A stretch of DNA of 48,254 nucleotides from an uncultured Bacteroidales bacterium (GTDB lineage: Bacteria; Bacteroidota; Bacteroidia; Bacteroidales; JALTDM01), in the NCBI GenBank assembly GCA_964393715.1, contig CAYMVE010000002.1, forward strand, positions 1 through 48,254. Reading direction: 5' to 3'. A program made the position numbers and the translations under genes. This document shows, in pieces, positions 27,710-37,143 of the stretch (position 1 is its first letter; each line of letters opens with the position of its first letter). The notes beneath the pieces were generated by a model, which was not told the DNA's origin, ran no database searches, and saw nothing but the letters and a program-made list of their open reading frames with translations.

Positions 27710-29122
27710 ATGAAACAAGGCGGAAAAGATTTGACGAAAGGTAACGAGGCAAAGGTGATTCTCAAGTTTGCCCTGCCCATGATGGTGGGCAACATTTTTC
27801 AGCAACTCTACAATGTTACGGATGCCGCCATTGTCGGTAAATTTGTCGGCACAAGGGCTCTGTCTGCTACAGGTATAAGCTTCCCGATTTTGTTTATGTT
27901 AAGTTCCATGATTATAGGTTTTGCCATAGGTGGCACTATTTTGATATCTCAATATTACGGTGCCGGAAAATACAAGGATGTTAAAAAAACAGCGGATACT
28001 TTGCAAATAATCATGGTAGGCTTGGCTCTCATAATTTCTATTGTTGGAATTGCATTTAGCAAAGAAATTTTCGTACTTCTTAATTTCCCTCCGGACAATA
28101 TGGATATGGCGGTATCCTATTTCGAAATATTGATGAGCGGCAATATTGCCATTTTCGGATATAATTCGTTAGCCGCCACATTAAGAGGGCTGGGAGATTC
28201 TCAAACACCGGTAAAATTCTTGATTTTGTCTTCCATAGTCAACATAATACTTGATATCGTATTGGTAGTATTTTTCAATTACGGTGTAAACGGAGCAGCC
28301 TGGGCTACCGTAATTTCCTATTTTATGGCTTATATAAGCGATATTCTCTATTTGAATGCCCGACACAAAATGATACGAATAGATTTTTCAATGCGATTTG
28401 ACAAAAATATTTTCAAAAAGATTATCCAATTAGGCTTACCGTCTTCTGCTCAAATGGTGCTGGTTTCTTCGGGAAACTTATTGTTCTTCTCCATAGTAAA
28501 CTTGTTTGGAACCGGAGTAATTGCCGCTTATACGGCAGTTTCCCGTATCAATTCGTTCGCAACGATGCCTTCCATGTTTTTTTCTTCCGCACTTACCGCC
28601 TTTGTCGGTCAAAACACCGGTGCCGGAAAATTCAAACGAATAAGGCGTGGGCTTTATGCCACCATGATGATAGTAGGCATTATTTCTTTATTTTTTACGG
28701 CAATTGCGCTATTGATGCCCAACTTTCTCATGAAACTATTTACCAATGATTATCAGGTTATTGCTACCGGTGTGGATTACTTCCGGAAAGTATCCCCGTT
28801 TTATATCGTTTTTGCCATGATGTTCTCTTACAATGCATTGTACAGAGGGACGGGTAATACGCTTGTTCCTATGTATATTGCGTTTGTTGCCTTATGGCTT
28901 GTCAGGTTTCCGGCTGCCATTTTATTAGCTCTGAATCTATCATTCAATCCGTTTCAACTTATCCCCGTCGATTTTTCCCGACTATGGTGGAGTGAGCCTA
29001 TAGGGTGGTCAACGGGGCTGATACTTGCCACCTCCTACTACCTGAGCAATAAATGGTTAATACAAGCCCGAAAAAAAGCCACAAAGATGCAGGCCGGACA
29101 CATAATATCCGGTAAAAACTAA
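27710..29122 (+). CDS. MATE-family multidrug/sodium efflux transporter
   Basis: About 12 TM segments. N-terminal FALPMMVGNIFQQLYNVTDAAIVG motif typical of NorM/DinF-type MATE proteins. Confidence 0.9.
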   Translation: MKQGGKDLTKGNEAKVILKFALPMMVGNIFQQLYNVTDAAIVGKFVGTRALSATGISFPILFMLSSMIIGFAIGGTILISQYYGAGKYKDVKKTADTLQIIMVGLALIISIVGIAFSKEIFVLLNFPPDNMDMAVSYFEILMSGNIAIFGYNSLAATLRGLGDSQTPVKFLILSSIVNIILDIVLVVFFNYGVNGAAWATVISYFMAYISDILYLNARHKMIRIDFSMRFDKNIFKKIIQLGLPSSAQMVLVSSGNLLFFSIVNLFGTGVIAAYTAVSRINSFATMPSMFFSSALTAFVGQNTGAGKFKRIRRGLYATMMIVGIISLFFTAIALLMPNFLMKLFTNDYQVIATGVDYFRKVSPFYIVFAMMFSYNALYRGTGNTLVPMYIAFVALWLVRFPAAILLALNLSFNPFQLIPVDFSRLWWSEPIGWSTGLILATSYYLSNKWLIQARKKATKMQAGHIISGKN

Positions 29123-29165
29123 AAACTTTATCAGGATAAAAGCAACCAGCGCACCGGTAATTCAA

Positions 29166-32100
29166 TCACATTTTTATGGACACTTTTACTGGATAATCCT
29201 CTTCTATAGTTTTCATAAACTCCAGAAGTTCCGCCGTTAGAGATATTTTTGTCTTTGGGCTTGGCATTTTCAGCTTTTCTTTCAACTCGTTATAGAAATA
29301 AAAAGTAAGACTTGCCGAACCATGATTATACTTTTTCAGGCTTTTCAGAGTTGCAGTCAATTTTTCATCCAATTTCTCAATAGGTACATACAAAATGACA
29401 TTAGCATGAGTGTGCCGGATAAATTCTTGTATCGGCACAATTTGTTCCACCACTATTCGTGCACTTTCTACTCCTTTTGCATTTTTGAAATTTTCTACCC
29501 GGAACTTTAGCATGATTACTTTTCCCGATACGGTCGCAGGATTCTGGATAGCAAGTTTTTCCAAATCATTAAATATGGGCAGAATATATTTTTTCGAATA
29601 ATCCTCCAACTCAAGACTTGCATAATATTTATCCGTTTTGGTTTTCTTTAATTTTCCTTCGATAACATAAGCAAATATTCTGAATGATTGCCCTTTGTAT
29701 GCTTCTGCATTTTCCAAAACGGACAAATCGCCCTTCCCGAAATATTCTATTATCGGTTTAAACTCATCGAGCGGGTGATTTGAAAGGTACAATCCTATTT
29801 TTTCGGCTTCCTTGCCCAATACCGTTACTTGGTCGGGCTCTTGGCAAGAATCCGAATCCGAAGGTATTTCCGGTTGTTTGATTGAGATGCCAGCTTCTTC
29901 TTCACCAAATAATGAAGAGGCGGTGGAAGCTTTATCTTTTCTTACTGTATTGCTGTATTCAATAAGTTTTTCTATAAAGGTCTGTTCTCCGTTACTTTTA
30001 CAGAAATATTTGTATCTGGGAATCCCGAAGGCATCAAAGGCACCGGCTTCAGCCAGTGCTTCCAAATTTTTTTTGTTGACGGTTTGCACCTTTATCCTTT
30101 CGACAAAATCAAAAATACTTTTGTATTTACCGTTTTTTTTGCGTTCCGCCAAAATTTCTTTTACGGCATTTTCGCCTACATCTTTTATAGCAAGGAGCCC
30201 AAATCGTATTTCGTCTTTTTCATTCAACGAAAATTCCATATCACTTTCGTTTATATCCGGACCTAAAACTTTTATTCCCAAATGCTTGGCATCGCTTATA
30301 AATTTCTTCACGGAATCAATATCTCCCTTATTGCTATTGAGCAATGCCACAAAGTATTCAGCCGGATAATGGGCTTTTAGATATGCTGTTTGATAAGCCA
30401 CATAAGCATAGCAAGTGGAATGCGACTTGTTAAATGCATATTGAGCAAAAGCTTCCCAATCTTTCCATATTTTCTCCAATATTTCTTTCTTGTGCCCGTT
30501 TTTTTGAGCACCTTCCATAAATTCCACTTTGAGTTTTTCCATGAGTTCCTTTTTCTTTTTCCCCATGGCTTTTCTCAAAGTGTCGGCTTGTCCTTTCGAA
30601 AAACCGGCAAGTTTTTGAGATAAAAGCATAACCTGTTCCTGATACACGGTAATACCGTATGTCTCTTTCAGGTATTCTTCCATTTCCGGCAGTGTGTAAG
30701 TGATTTTTTCTTTACCGAATTTACGGTTTATATAATTAGGTATGTACTCCATCGGGCCGGGACGATAGAGTGCATTCATAGCTATCAAATCTTCAAAACG
30801 GTCCGGTTTCAGCTGTTTAAGGTATTTTCGCATACCGTCACTTTCAAACTGAAAAACTCCGATGGTGTGTCCTTGGCTGAATAATTCGTAAGTCTTCTTA
30901 TCATCCAGCGGAACTTTGTCTATATCCAAACCAGGATTTTTCTTCCTAGCCAGTTCTACGGCATGTTTAATAATAGTCAATGTTTTAAGGCCGAGAAAGT
31001 CCATCTTGAGCATGCCGCATGCTTCGGCATCGGGACCTTCAAATTGGGTAACATAAAGGACGGCATCTTTGTTCATTGACAGCGGGATATACTCCGTTAA
31101 ATCCTCCTTACCAATAATTACACCGCAAGCATGAATACCCGTTTGTCTAACAGAGCCTTCCAGTGTTTGGGCAATTTCCAGCACTTTGGTAATTTCTTCC
31201 GACTCTTTTTTTTCCTTTTCAAACTCTTTAACCTCCTTAATGCTTTTGGCATTGCCCACCATTTTTGCCAATTCGTTGGCTTTGTTAAGCGGCAGTTTTC
31301 TTACTCTTGCCACATCCCTTATAGCCATTTTAGCTGCCATGGTACCGAAAGTAATCAGATGGGCTACATTTTTTTTGCCGTATTTCTCCGCTACATACCT
31401 TAACACTTCGTCGCGGCCTTCGTCGTCAAAATCTACATCAATATCGGGAAGGCTCACCCTTTCCGGATTCAAAAATCTTTCAAACAGCAATCCGTATCGG
31501 ATAGGGTCTATTTGCGTAATTTCCAAACAATAAGAAACGGCAGAACCTGCCGCACTACCCCTTCCCGGACCTACGGAAACTCCCATTTCTCTGGCTTTGC
31601 GTATAAAATCCCACACAATAATAAAATAGCCGGGGTAGCCCATATTGATAATCGTATCTATCTCAAATTGTATCCTTTCTCTTGCCTGCTCCGGAACCGG
31701 ATCGCCATACCTTTTTTTAGCACCTTCCCAAACAAGATGGGTAAAATATTCCGCATCATTATTAAATCCTTCCGGCAATGGAAAAACAGGCATTATAGGC
31801 GCATGATCCAGTTCGTACACCTCTACCTTGTCCACAATCTCCTGCGTATTTTCCAATGCTTCGGGAATGTCGGAAAACATTTCCAACATTTCTTCTGCAG
31901 TCTTCAAATATTCCTGTTGGGTATAACGGAGACGCTTTTCATCCTCAATAAATGCTCCCGTGTTGATAGCAATGAGATGATCATGAGCTTCGGCGTCTTC
32001 TTTGTATGCAAAATGTACATCGTTTGTAGCAATAAGTTTGATATCCAACTTATTGGCGATTTCACGCAAATGCTTGTTCACCAAAACTTGCCGGTCATAT

Positions 32101-32660
32101 ACCTCCTCATTTTTGCCCGGCACATCCGACGGATGCAGCATAAGTTCCAAATAAAAATCTTCACCGAAAAGCTCTTTGTATTTCGCAGCCAATTGTTCCG
32201 CTTCCTCCATATTTCCTTTTAGAATGGCTTGGGGAATTTCTCCCGCCAAACACGCACTACTGGCAATCAACCCCTCGTGGTATTGATACAAAAGTTCCCA
32301 GTCTATTCGCGGTTTGCCGTACATCCCTTCCAAAAATCCGGCAGAAACAAGTTTTACCAAATTTTTATATCCCGTTTGGTTTTTGGCAAGTAAAATCAGA
32401 TGGTTATATTCTTTTTCGCCTTTTATTCTTTTTCTGGCATGGCGATCTTTGGCCAAATACATTTCGCATCCCAGTATAGGCTTAATTCCCTCAGCTTTAG
32501 CAGCATCGTGAAACTTCTTTATGCCGAACATATTGCCATGATCGGTCAGTGCAAGGGCTTTCATTCCGTTTTCTACGGCTTTTTTTACAAGTTTCTGAGG
32601 AGATGCCGCTCCGTCCAATATGGAATAATAACTGTGGACATGCAAATGAGTAAAATTCAT
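29166..32660 (-). CDS. dnaE: DNA polymerase III alpha subunit
   Basis: PHP domain FTHLHVHSYYSILDG, palm motifs LPDIDVDF and GLLKMDFLGL, and FNKSHS. Confidence 0.97.
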   Translation of the reverse strand: MNFTHLHVHSYYSILDGAASPQKLVKKAVENGMKALALTDHGNMFGIKKFHDAAKAEGIKPILGCEMYLAKDRHARKRIKGEKEYNHLILLAKNQTGYKNLVKLVSAGFLEGMYGKPRIDWELLYQYHEGLIASSACLAGEIPQAILKGNMEEAEQLAAKYKELFGEDFYLELMLHPSDVPGKNEEVYDRQVLVNKHLREIANKLDIKLIATNDVHFAYKEDAEAHDHLIAINTGAFIEDEKRLRYTQQEYLKTAEEMLEMFSDIPEALENTQEIVDKVEVYELDHAPIMPVFPLPEGFNNDAEYFTHLVWEGAKKRYGDPVPEQARERIQFEIDTIINMGYPGYFIIVWDFIRKAREMGVSVGPGRGSAAGSAVSYCLEITQIDPIRYGLLFERFLNPERVSLPDIDVDFDDEGRDEVLRYVAEKYGKKNVAHLITFGTMAAKMAIRDVARVRKLPLNKANELAKMVGNAKSIKEVKEFEKEKKESEEITKVLEIAQTLEGSVRQTGIHACGVIIGKEDLTEYIPLSMNKDAVLYVTQFEGPDAEACGMLKMDFLGLKTLTIIKHAVELARKKNPGLDIDKVPLDDKKTYELFSQGHTIGVFQFESDGMRKYLKQLKPDRFEDLIAMNALYRPGPMEYIPNYINRKFGKEKITYTLPEMEEYLKETYGITVYQEQVMLLSQKLAGFSKGQADTLRKAMGKKKKELMEKLKVEFMEGAQKNGHKKEILEKIWKDWEAFAQYAFNKSHSTCYAYVAYQTAYLKAHYPAEYFVALLNSNKGDIDSVKKFISDAKHLGIKVLGPDINESDMEFSLNEKDEIRFGLLAIKDVGENAVKEILAERKKNGKYKSIFDFVERIKVQTVNKKNLEALAEAGAFDAFGIPRYKYFCKSNGEQTFIEKLIEYSNTVRKDKASTASSLFGEEEAGISIKQPEIPSDSDSCQEPDQVTVLGKEAEKIGLYLSNHPLDEFKPIIEYFGKGDLSVLENAEAYKGQSFRIFAYVIEGKLKKTKTDKYYASLELEDYSKKYILPIFNDLEKLAIQNPATVSGKVIMLKFRVENFKNAKGVESARIVVEQIVPIQEFIRHTHANVILYVPIEKLDEKLTATLKSLKKYNHGSASLTFYFYNELKEKLKMPSPKTKISLTAELLEFMKTIEEDYPVKVSIKM

Positions 32661-32681
32661 AACTGGTGTTTTTTAGTATTA

Positions 32682-32689
32682 CAAAAATA
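32682..32689 (-). promoter_or_regulatory. Candidate -7 box (TATTTTTG on the minus strand) for dnaE
   Basis: Exact TAnnTTTG, 21 nt upstream of the ATG at 32660. Confidence 0.4.
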
Positions 32690-32754
32690 AAACAAATATC
32701 ATGTTATTGATGGAACAAAGATAAAAACTATCAACGACAAACGAAGTTGTTAAA

Positions 32755-32788
32755 TAAAAAAGGGTGCCTCCACAAGGAAGACACCCTT
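32755..32788 (-). terminator. Rho-independent terminator after the peroxiredoxin gene
   Basis: On the minus strand there is an imperfect GC-rich hairpin (AGGGTG...CACCCT core with an extension), followed by TTTTTTATTT. It lies about 30 nt after the stop. Confidence 0.6.
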
Positions 32789-32819
32789 TCTGCTAACACA
32801 AGTTAGACGCGGGAAAAAA

Positions 32820-33476
32820 CTAATCGAGTTTTTTATGGCAGAGCCACCAGTCGAAACATTCTATTTCGCCTTTCTTTTGTTGTTCTTCTCTCAATGCTTT
32901 TTGTTCCATAGTAGCTGCCGGCGGCACAATCACTCTGTCTTTGATTATTTCATTGTTCGGCCAATCTGCCGGTAAAGCAACACCATGCTTATCTGCAGTT
33001 TGCAAGCCTTTGAGTACTCTTAATATTTCATCGAAGTTTCTACCAAATTCCGGCGGATAGTAAATTACGGCACGAATAACACCTTTCGGATCTACAAAAA
33101 ATACCGCTCTTACCGTAATAGAAGCTCCTGCCAATGTCATTCCCAGTTTATCGGCAACCAACCCCTTGTCGTCTGCAATAATCGGATATTCAATTTTTAC
33201 ACCCATATTTTGCTCTATCCATTCCACCCACTTAATGTGTGAGAAAACTTGGTCTATCGAAAGTCCCAAAAGGTCTGCATTCAACGCCTTGAATTCTTCG
33301 TATCGTTTTTGGAACGCTACAAATTCAGTGGTACACACCGGTGTAAAATCTGCCGGGTGACTAAAAAGAATCAACCACTTGCCTTCATAATCTTTCGGCA
33401 ATACTTTTGGTCCGTGTGTCGTGTTTACTTCAATTTCCGGAAATTTTTGTCCGATTAAAATTCTGTTTTCTTCCAT
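32820..33476 (-). CDS. Peroxiredoxin (Prx6/1-Cys-like thiol peroxidase)
   Basis: Peroxidatic Cys motif DFTPVCTTE. 218 aa. Confidence 0.92.
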   Translation of the reverse strand: MEENRILIGQKFPEIEVNTTHGPKVLPKDYEGKWLILFSHPADFTPVCTTEFVAFQKRYEEFKALNADLLGLSIDQVFSHIKWVEWIEQNMGVKIEYPIIADDKGLVADKLGMTLAGASITVRAVFFVDPKGVIRAVIYYPPEFGRNFDEILRVLKGLQTADKHGVALPADWPNNEIIKDRVIVPPAATMEQKALREEQQKKGEIECFDWWLCHKKLD

Positions 33477-33504
33477 AGTTGTATATTTTTATTTTTTACA
33501 TTGA

Positions 33505-33512
33505 CAAAAATA
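33505..33512 (-). promoter_or_regulatory. Candidate -7 box (TATTTTTG on the minus strand) for the peroxiredoxin gene
   Basis: Exact TAnnTTTG, 28 nt upstream of the ATG at 33476. Confidence 0.4.
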
Positions 33513-33551
33513 GAGTAAGTTTTCAAACCAGAGGGTCACTACATTTAGGTA

Positions 33552-33570
33552 TTTTGTAATGATTACAAAA
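33552..33570. promoter_or_regulatory. Perfect 9-1-9 palindrome with a Fur-family 7-1-7 core (TTGTAATgATTACAA); candidate PerR/Fur-like operator
   Basis: TTTTGTAATgATTACAAAA is perfectly symmetric. It lies about 40 bp upstream of the candidate peroxiredoxin -7 box and 86 bp upstream of the divergent lipoprotein ATG. Confidence 0.5.
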
Positions 33571-33655
33571 AAGTAATAAATACACAAATATTTTTAGGAA
33601 AGATTTTGCAGTTTTGCATTTTTTGATTTTCTTTGCAGTGAACTAAAAAAACACT

Positions 33656-34102
33656 ATGAAAACATTAAGAACAATACTGTTAATAAGTTTCGCAGCTTTA
33701 ATGTTTGCCGGTACAGGCTGCAAAAAATATGAAGAAGGACCCGTTATTAGCCTTAGAAGTAAAAAGGCCAGAGTAGTTAACGATTGGGAAGTGGTTAAAA
33801 TTCTAGAGAACGGCAAGGATGTTACCGACAGTGATGAAGATTTGTATTATTTATTCGAAGAAGATAATACAGGAATAAAAACAAGAACGACACACTCTGC
33901 AATCGGAGATTTTACTTCGCAAAATAATTTTAGTTGGGATTTTAACAGTGATAAAACAAAAATAATAATTACATGGTTGGATGATGACGGGAATCCTTAT
34001 GGATCAACAGCATATACCATTTTGAAATTATATGAACAAGAAATGTGGTTGGAGTATAAATACGGAGACGATACTTACGAATATCACTTGTTTCCAAAAT
34101 AA
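33656..34102 (+). CDS. Small lipoprotein of unknown function (lipocalin-like size)
   Basis: Signal peptide with lipobox AGTGC. 148 aa. Confidence 0.65.
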   Translation: MKTLRTILLISFAALMFAGTGCKKYEEGPVISLRSKKARVVNDWEVVKILENGKDVTDSDEDLYYLFEEDNTGIKTRTTHSAIGDFTSQNNFSWDFNSDKTKIIITWLDDDGNPYGSTAYTILKLYEQEMWLEYKYGDDTYEYHLFPK

Positions 34103-34124
34103 TTTTCGTAATTTGTTGTAACCC

Positions 34125-34155
34125 AAAAGGCTGCCCGTCAGAGCAGCCTTTTTTT
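34125..34155. terminator. Bidirectional Rho-independent terminator between convergent genes
   Basis: AAAA-GGCTGC-ccgtcaga-GCAGCC-TTTTTTT. It has a U-tract in both orientations. Confidence 0.78.
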
Positions 34156-34173
34156 GTTGAGATTTACTTGCCA

Positions 34174-35877
34174 TTAAATTTTGGAATTGACAATGGCTAA
34201 AATTTCTTTTTCTTTGGCTTCGGCCATTTTTTCTATTTCTTCAGCCTCTTTCATGATTTTATCCAGCCATTCTTTGTCTTCCAGTCCCGAAGCGTTGATT
34301 TTTACATTTAAGAATGCGCCTTTTACTGCGGAACGGGCAGCTAATGCTCCTACTCCCGCATCGGATACCGAATTGGGATTGCCAATTTCCGCCATGGCTT
34401 TTATTACTTCCATGCTCTCGTAAGCTGTCCTCATAACCTTAAACGGTATTTCGATGGCAAATTTGGTAGCTTCCTGAATAGCCTTTTGCCGGGCAATCTT
34501 TTCTTCTTCCGTAGTTTTGGGCAATTTGAAGGCATCCATTATTTTATTGAAAGCGTTGGTATCTTCATCTATCAAGTGTAGGAGTTCCACATACTTTTCT
34601 TTGCCTTTTACGGCCCAGTCGGAAAATTCTTCCCAACGGTCGTCCCAACCTCTTTTGTGTGAAGACAAATTGGCCACCATGGTTGCCAAAGCAGCTCCCA
34701 ATGCTCCCATATAGGCCGACACCGAACCTCCACCGGGAGCCGGTGCTTCGGACGCTGTGGTTTCGGTAAATTCTTTTACTGTCAAGTCAACCAGTTTCTT
34801 TTTGCCGGCTTCGGCTTTCTCCTGCAGCACATACTCTATAATTTTTTCTTTGGGATTGAAAGGTTTAAGTTCGTCAAGCCCCATCGACTTAACGGCTATC
34901 TTTATAATTTCTTCGTCGGGAATACCTAATGATCTTTGTTGCTTTCGCAAGTAATGTTTTCCTGCATCCAGAATGGCTTTTAGCGGAATTAGTCCTACCA
35001 ATTCGCTTCCTGTTACTCTTACACCCCGTTCACGGGCTTTTTTATCCACCTCGTCAAAGGCTACATGAACCGGAGTAATATCGATATTGGTCAGGTTCAT
35101 TGATATTTGGGCTATACCGTATTCTTCTATGTACCAACCAATGGCTTTTACAGCTTTTAATGTGCCCGGTATTCTTACAGGATTGCCGTTTTCGTCTTTT
35201 ACTATTTTTCCGGTAAGCGGATTACCTTCTCTTTTTACTCTGCCGGCTTCTCTTACATCAAATGCGATAGCGTTTGCTCTACGGGTAGAAGTGGTATTTA
35301 GATTTACATTAAAGGCAACTAAAAAATTTCTGGCACCTACTGCTGTTGCACCGGTTTGGGCTACATGTTCGTTCCATTCTGCAGGTCCGAAATCCGGTTT
35401 CCATTCGGGGTCTTTCAGTTTCTCGGGAAGCGCTTCATACTCTCCAGCTCTTACGGTTGCCAAATTGCGACGCTCTTCGGTAAATGCAGCATTTTCGTAG
35501 CAATAAGTGGGGATATTAAGTTCTTTTCCTATTCTTTCTGCCAACTTGCGGGCATATTCCACGGTTTCTTCCATAGTAATGCCTGCTACCGGCACCAACG
35601 GGCATACATCCGTAGCACCCATACGGGGATGTTCTCCCTTATGTCCGCGCATATCCAAGACTTCCGCCGCTTTTTTAACGGCCACAAAAGCGGCTTCCAC
35701 TACGGCGTCAGGGTCTCCTGCAAATGTTACCACCGTTCTATTGGTTGCTTTACCCGGATCTACATCCAAAAGATAAACACCTTCTATTTTTTCAATTTCG
35801 TCGGTAATTTGCTTTATCTTCGACATGTCACGCCCTTCGCTAAAATTAGGAACGCATTCCAAAATTCTTTTCATCAT
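34174..35877 (-). CDS. ftcD: Bifunctional glutamate formimidoyltransferase / formimidoyltetrahydrofolate cyclodeaminase
   Basis: N-terminus ILECVPNFSEGRD (formiminotransferase). C-terminal domain has APAPGGGSVSAYMGALGAAL (cyclodeaminase). Start at the MMKR pair (35877 or 35874); a -7 box lies inside the longer ORF-track extension. Confidence 0.9.
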   Translation of the reverse strand: MMKRILECVPNFSEGRDMSKIKQITDEIEKIEGVYLLDVDPGKATNRTVVTFAGDPDAVVEAAFVAVKKAAEVLDMRGHKGEHPRMGATDVCPLVPVAGITMEETVEYARKLAERIGKELNIPTYCYENAAFTEERRNLATVRAGEYEALPEKLKDPEWKPDFGPAEWNEHVAQTGATAVGARNFLVAFNVNLNTTSTRRANAIAFDVREAGRVKREGNPLTGKIVKDENGNPVRIPGTLKAVKAIGWYIEEYGIAQISMNLTNIDITPVHVAFDEVDKKARERGVRVTGSELVGLIPLKAILDAGKHYLRKQQRSLGIPDEEIIKIAVKSMGLDELKPFNPKEKIIEYVLQEKAEAGKKKLVDLTVKEFTETTASEAPAPGGGSVSAYMGALGAALATMVANLSSHKRGWDDRWEEFSDWAVKGKEKYVELLHLIDEDTNAFNKIMDAFKLPKTTEEEKIARQKAIQEATKFAIEIPFKVMRTAYESMEVIKAMAEIGNPNSVSDAGVGALAARSAVKGAFLNVKINASGLEDKEWLDKIMKEAEEIEKMAEAKEKEILAIVNSKI

Positions 35878-35904
35878 AACACTTTCATTTTTTAATGTAC
35901 TGCA

Positions 35905-35912
35905 CAAAAATA
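35905..35912 (-). promoter_or_regulatory. Candidate -7 box (TATTTTTG on the minus strand) for ftcD
   Basis: Exact TAnnTTTG, 27 nt upstream of the ATG at 35877. Confidence 0.45.
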
Positions 35913-35948
35913 CAATAAAAAATCTCCCCAACAGAATCGGAATAGAAC

Positions 35949-35971
35949 AAAAAAGGCGGCTCAACGCCGCC
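35949..35971 (-). terminator. Rho-independent terminator after the T9SS cargo gene
   Basis: On the minus strand: GGCGGC-gttga-GCCGCC followed by TTTTTTG, 10 nt after the stop. Confidence 0.8.
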
Positions 35972-35981
35972 TTCCGGAGAT

Positions 35982-37004
35982 TTAATCTATTTTTTCAAAA
36001 CGCTTTACAACAAATCCCTGAGATGTCTTTATTTTCAACATGTAGGCTCCTTTACAGAAAGAAGATATATCCAAAGCAGCTTCTTTATTATGACACTCTT
36101 TTTTCATCAACAGTTTTCCGGCAACATCGAAAACACATACTTCCTCTATCGGTTCCAAACTGCTAACATGTAACATGTTCTTTGCTGGTACCGGATAGAT
36201 GGATGTTTTATTGACCCAACATTCAGACTGATTTGTGATTTCGGTAAATTTATATTCTGCCTTCTTTACAGAACCATCATCATTCATTTTCAGATTAATA
36301 ACGAATCCGTGGTACCCATTGACGAAAGCGTTGTAAGCTATTTCGGTGTAAGTGGTATCTTTAACATCTATCCAACCGAATGTAGTGTGTGCAGAAGTAA
36401 CTTCATGCCTGTCCGAGGTGCGTTTTATCATGAGAGCGCTATCAATTACTTCATTGGGTAATATTACGGTTCCGTAAGCAATAGCCGTATCATTCTCAAT
36501 ATTTGTCAACGAAAATCTGGCTGAATCAACATGTAAACCATTTATAGTGGTATCATAAGGAACCGTTACTGATAAATGTAGCGTATCACATAATGTACTG
36601 CTGTAAGTAAAAGGAAAAACAAATAATAAAAACGGTTCATCCGGTTTTAGCACAATTCCGTTGTAGAATTTTCCTGCCCAAGCAAAACTTTCCGAATTGG
36701 AAAAGAAAAAACTCGTATCATGAGATATGGACGCAAGATTAGCTGCCGGAAAATCATTATTAACATCTACATTCGAAGGCTCCACATAAGTAAGTGTATC
36801 AACGGAGGATGTACTTAACGAACTAAAATCCCAGACAACATTTTCACCCTCAGGAATTGCATAAAAATTCCCATTGACGGAAGCATCCGTTGCTTGATAA
36901 ATTACATCTCCTACAACCGGAACATCAGATGCCGTTAAAGTTACTTGCCCGGAGGCCATCGAAATTATAAAAAAGGTAATCACAGCTGAAAAGAAATATT
37001 TCAT
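35982..37004 (-). CDS. Secreted protein of unknown function with a type A T9SS (Por) C-terminal sorting domain
   Basis: Signal peptide. C-terminal about 75 aa reads IYPVPAKNMLHV ... VFDVAGKLL ... ISSFCKGAYMLKIKT, typical of the type A CTD. Confidence 0.8.
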   Translation of the reverse strand: MKYFFSAVITFFIISMASGQVTLTASDVPVVGDVIYQATDASVNGNFYAIPEGENVVWDFSSLSTSSVDTLTYVEPSNVDVNNDFPAANLASISHDTSFFFSNSESFAWAGKFYNGIVLKPDEPFLLFVFPFTYSSTLCDTLHLSVTVPYDTTINGLHVDSARFSLTNIENDTAIAYGTVILPNEVIDSALMIKRTSDRHEVTSAHTTFGWIDVKDTTYTEIAYNAFVNGYHGFVINLKMNDDGSVKKAEYKFTEITNQSECWVNKTSIYPVPAKNMLHVSSLEPIEEVCVFDVAGKLLMKKECHNKEAALDISSFCKGAYMLKIKTSQGFVVKRFEKID

Positions 37005-37083
37005 ATCGTTTAATTTTTTTTAGTTTATGACTCGTATTCTCATTTTATTGTTGCACCGACATCATTTTATTTAGAAAAAAAGT

Positions 37084-37119
37084 AAAAAAACAGGCCGCTT
37101 AAAAACATAAAGCAGCCTG
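37084..37119 (-). terminator. Rho-independent terminator after the S46 peptidase gene
   Basis: On the minus strand: 10-bp stem (one mismatch) CAGGCTGCTT / AAGCGGCCTG followed by TTTTTTT. Confidence 0.7.
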
Positions 37120-37143
37120 CATTAAAAGATAAAAATCCGTTTT

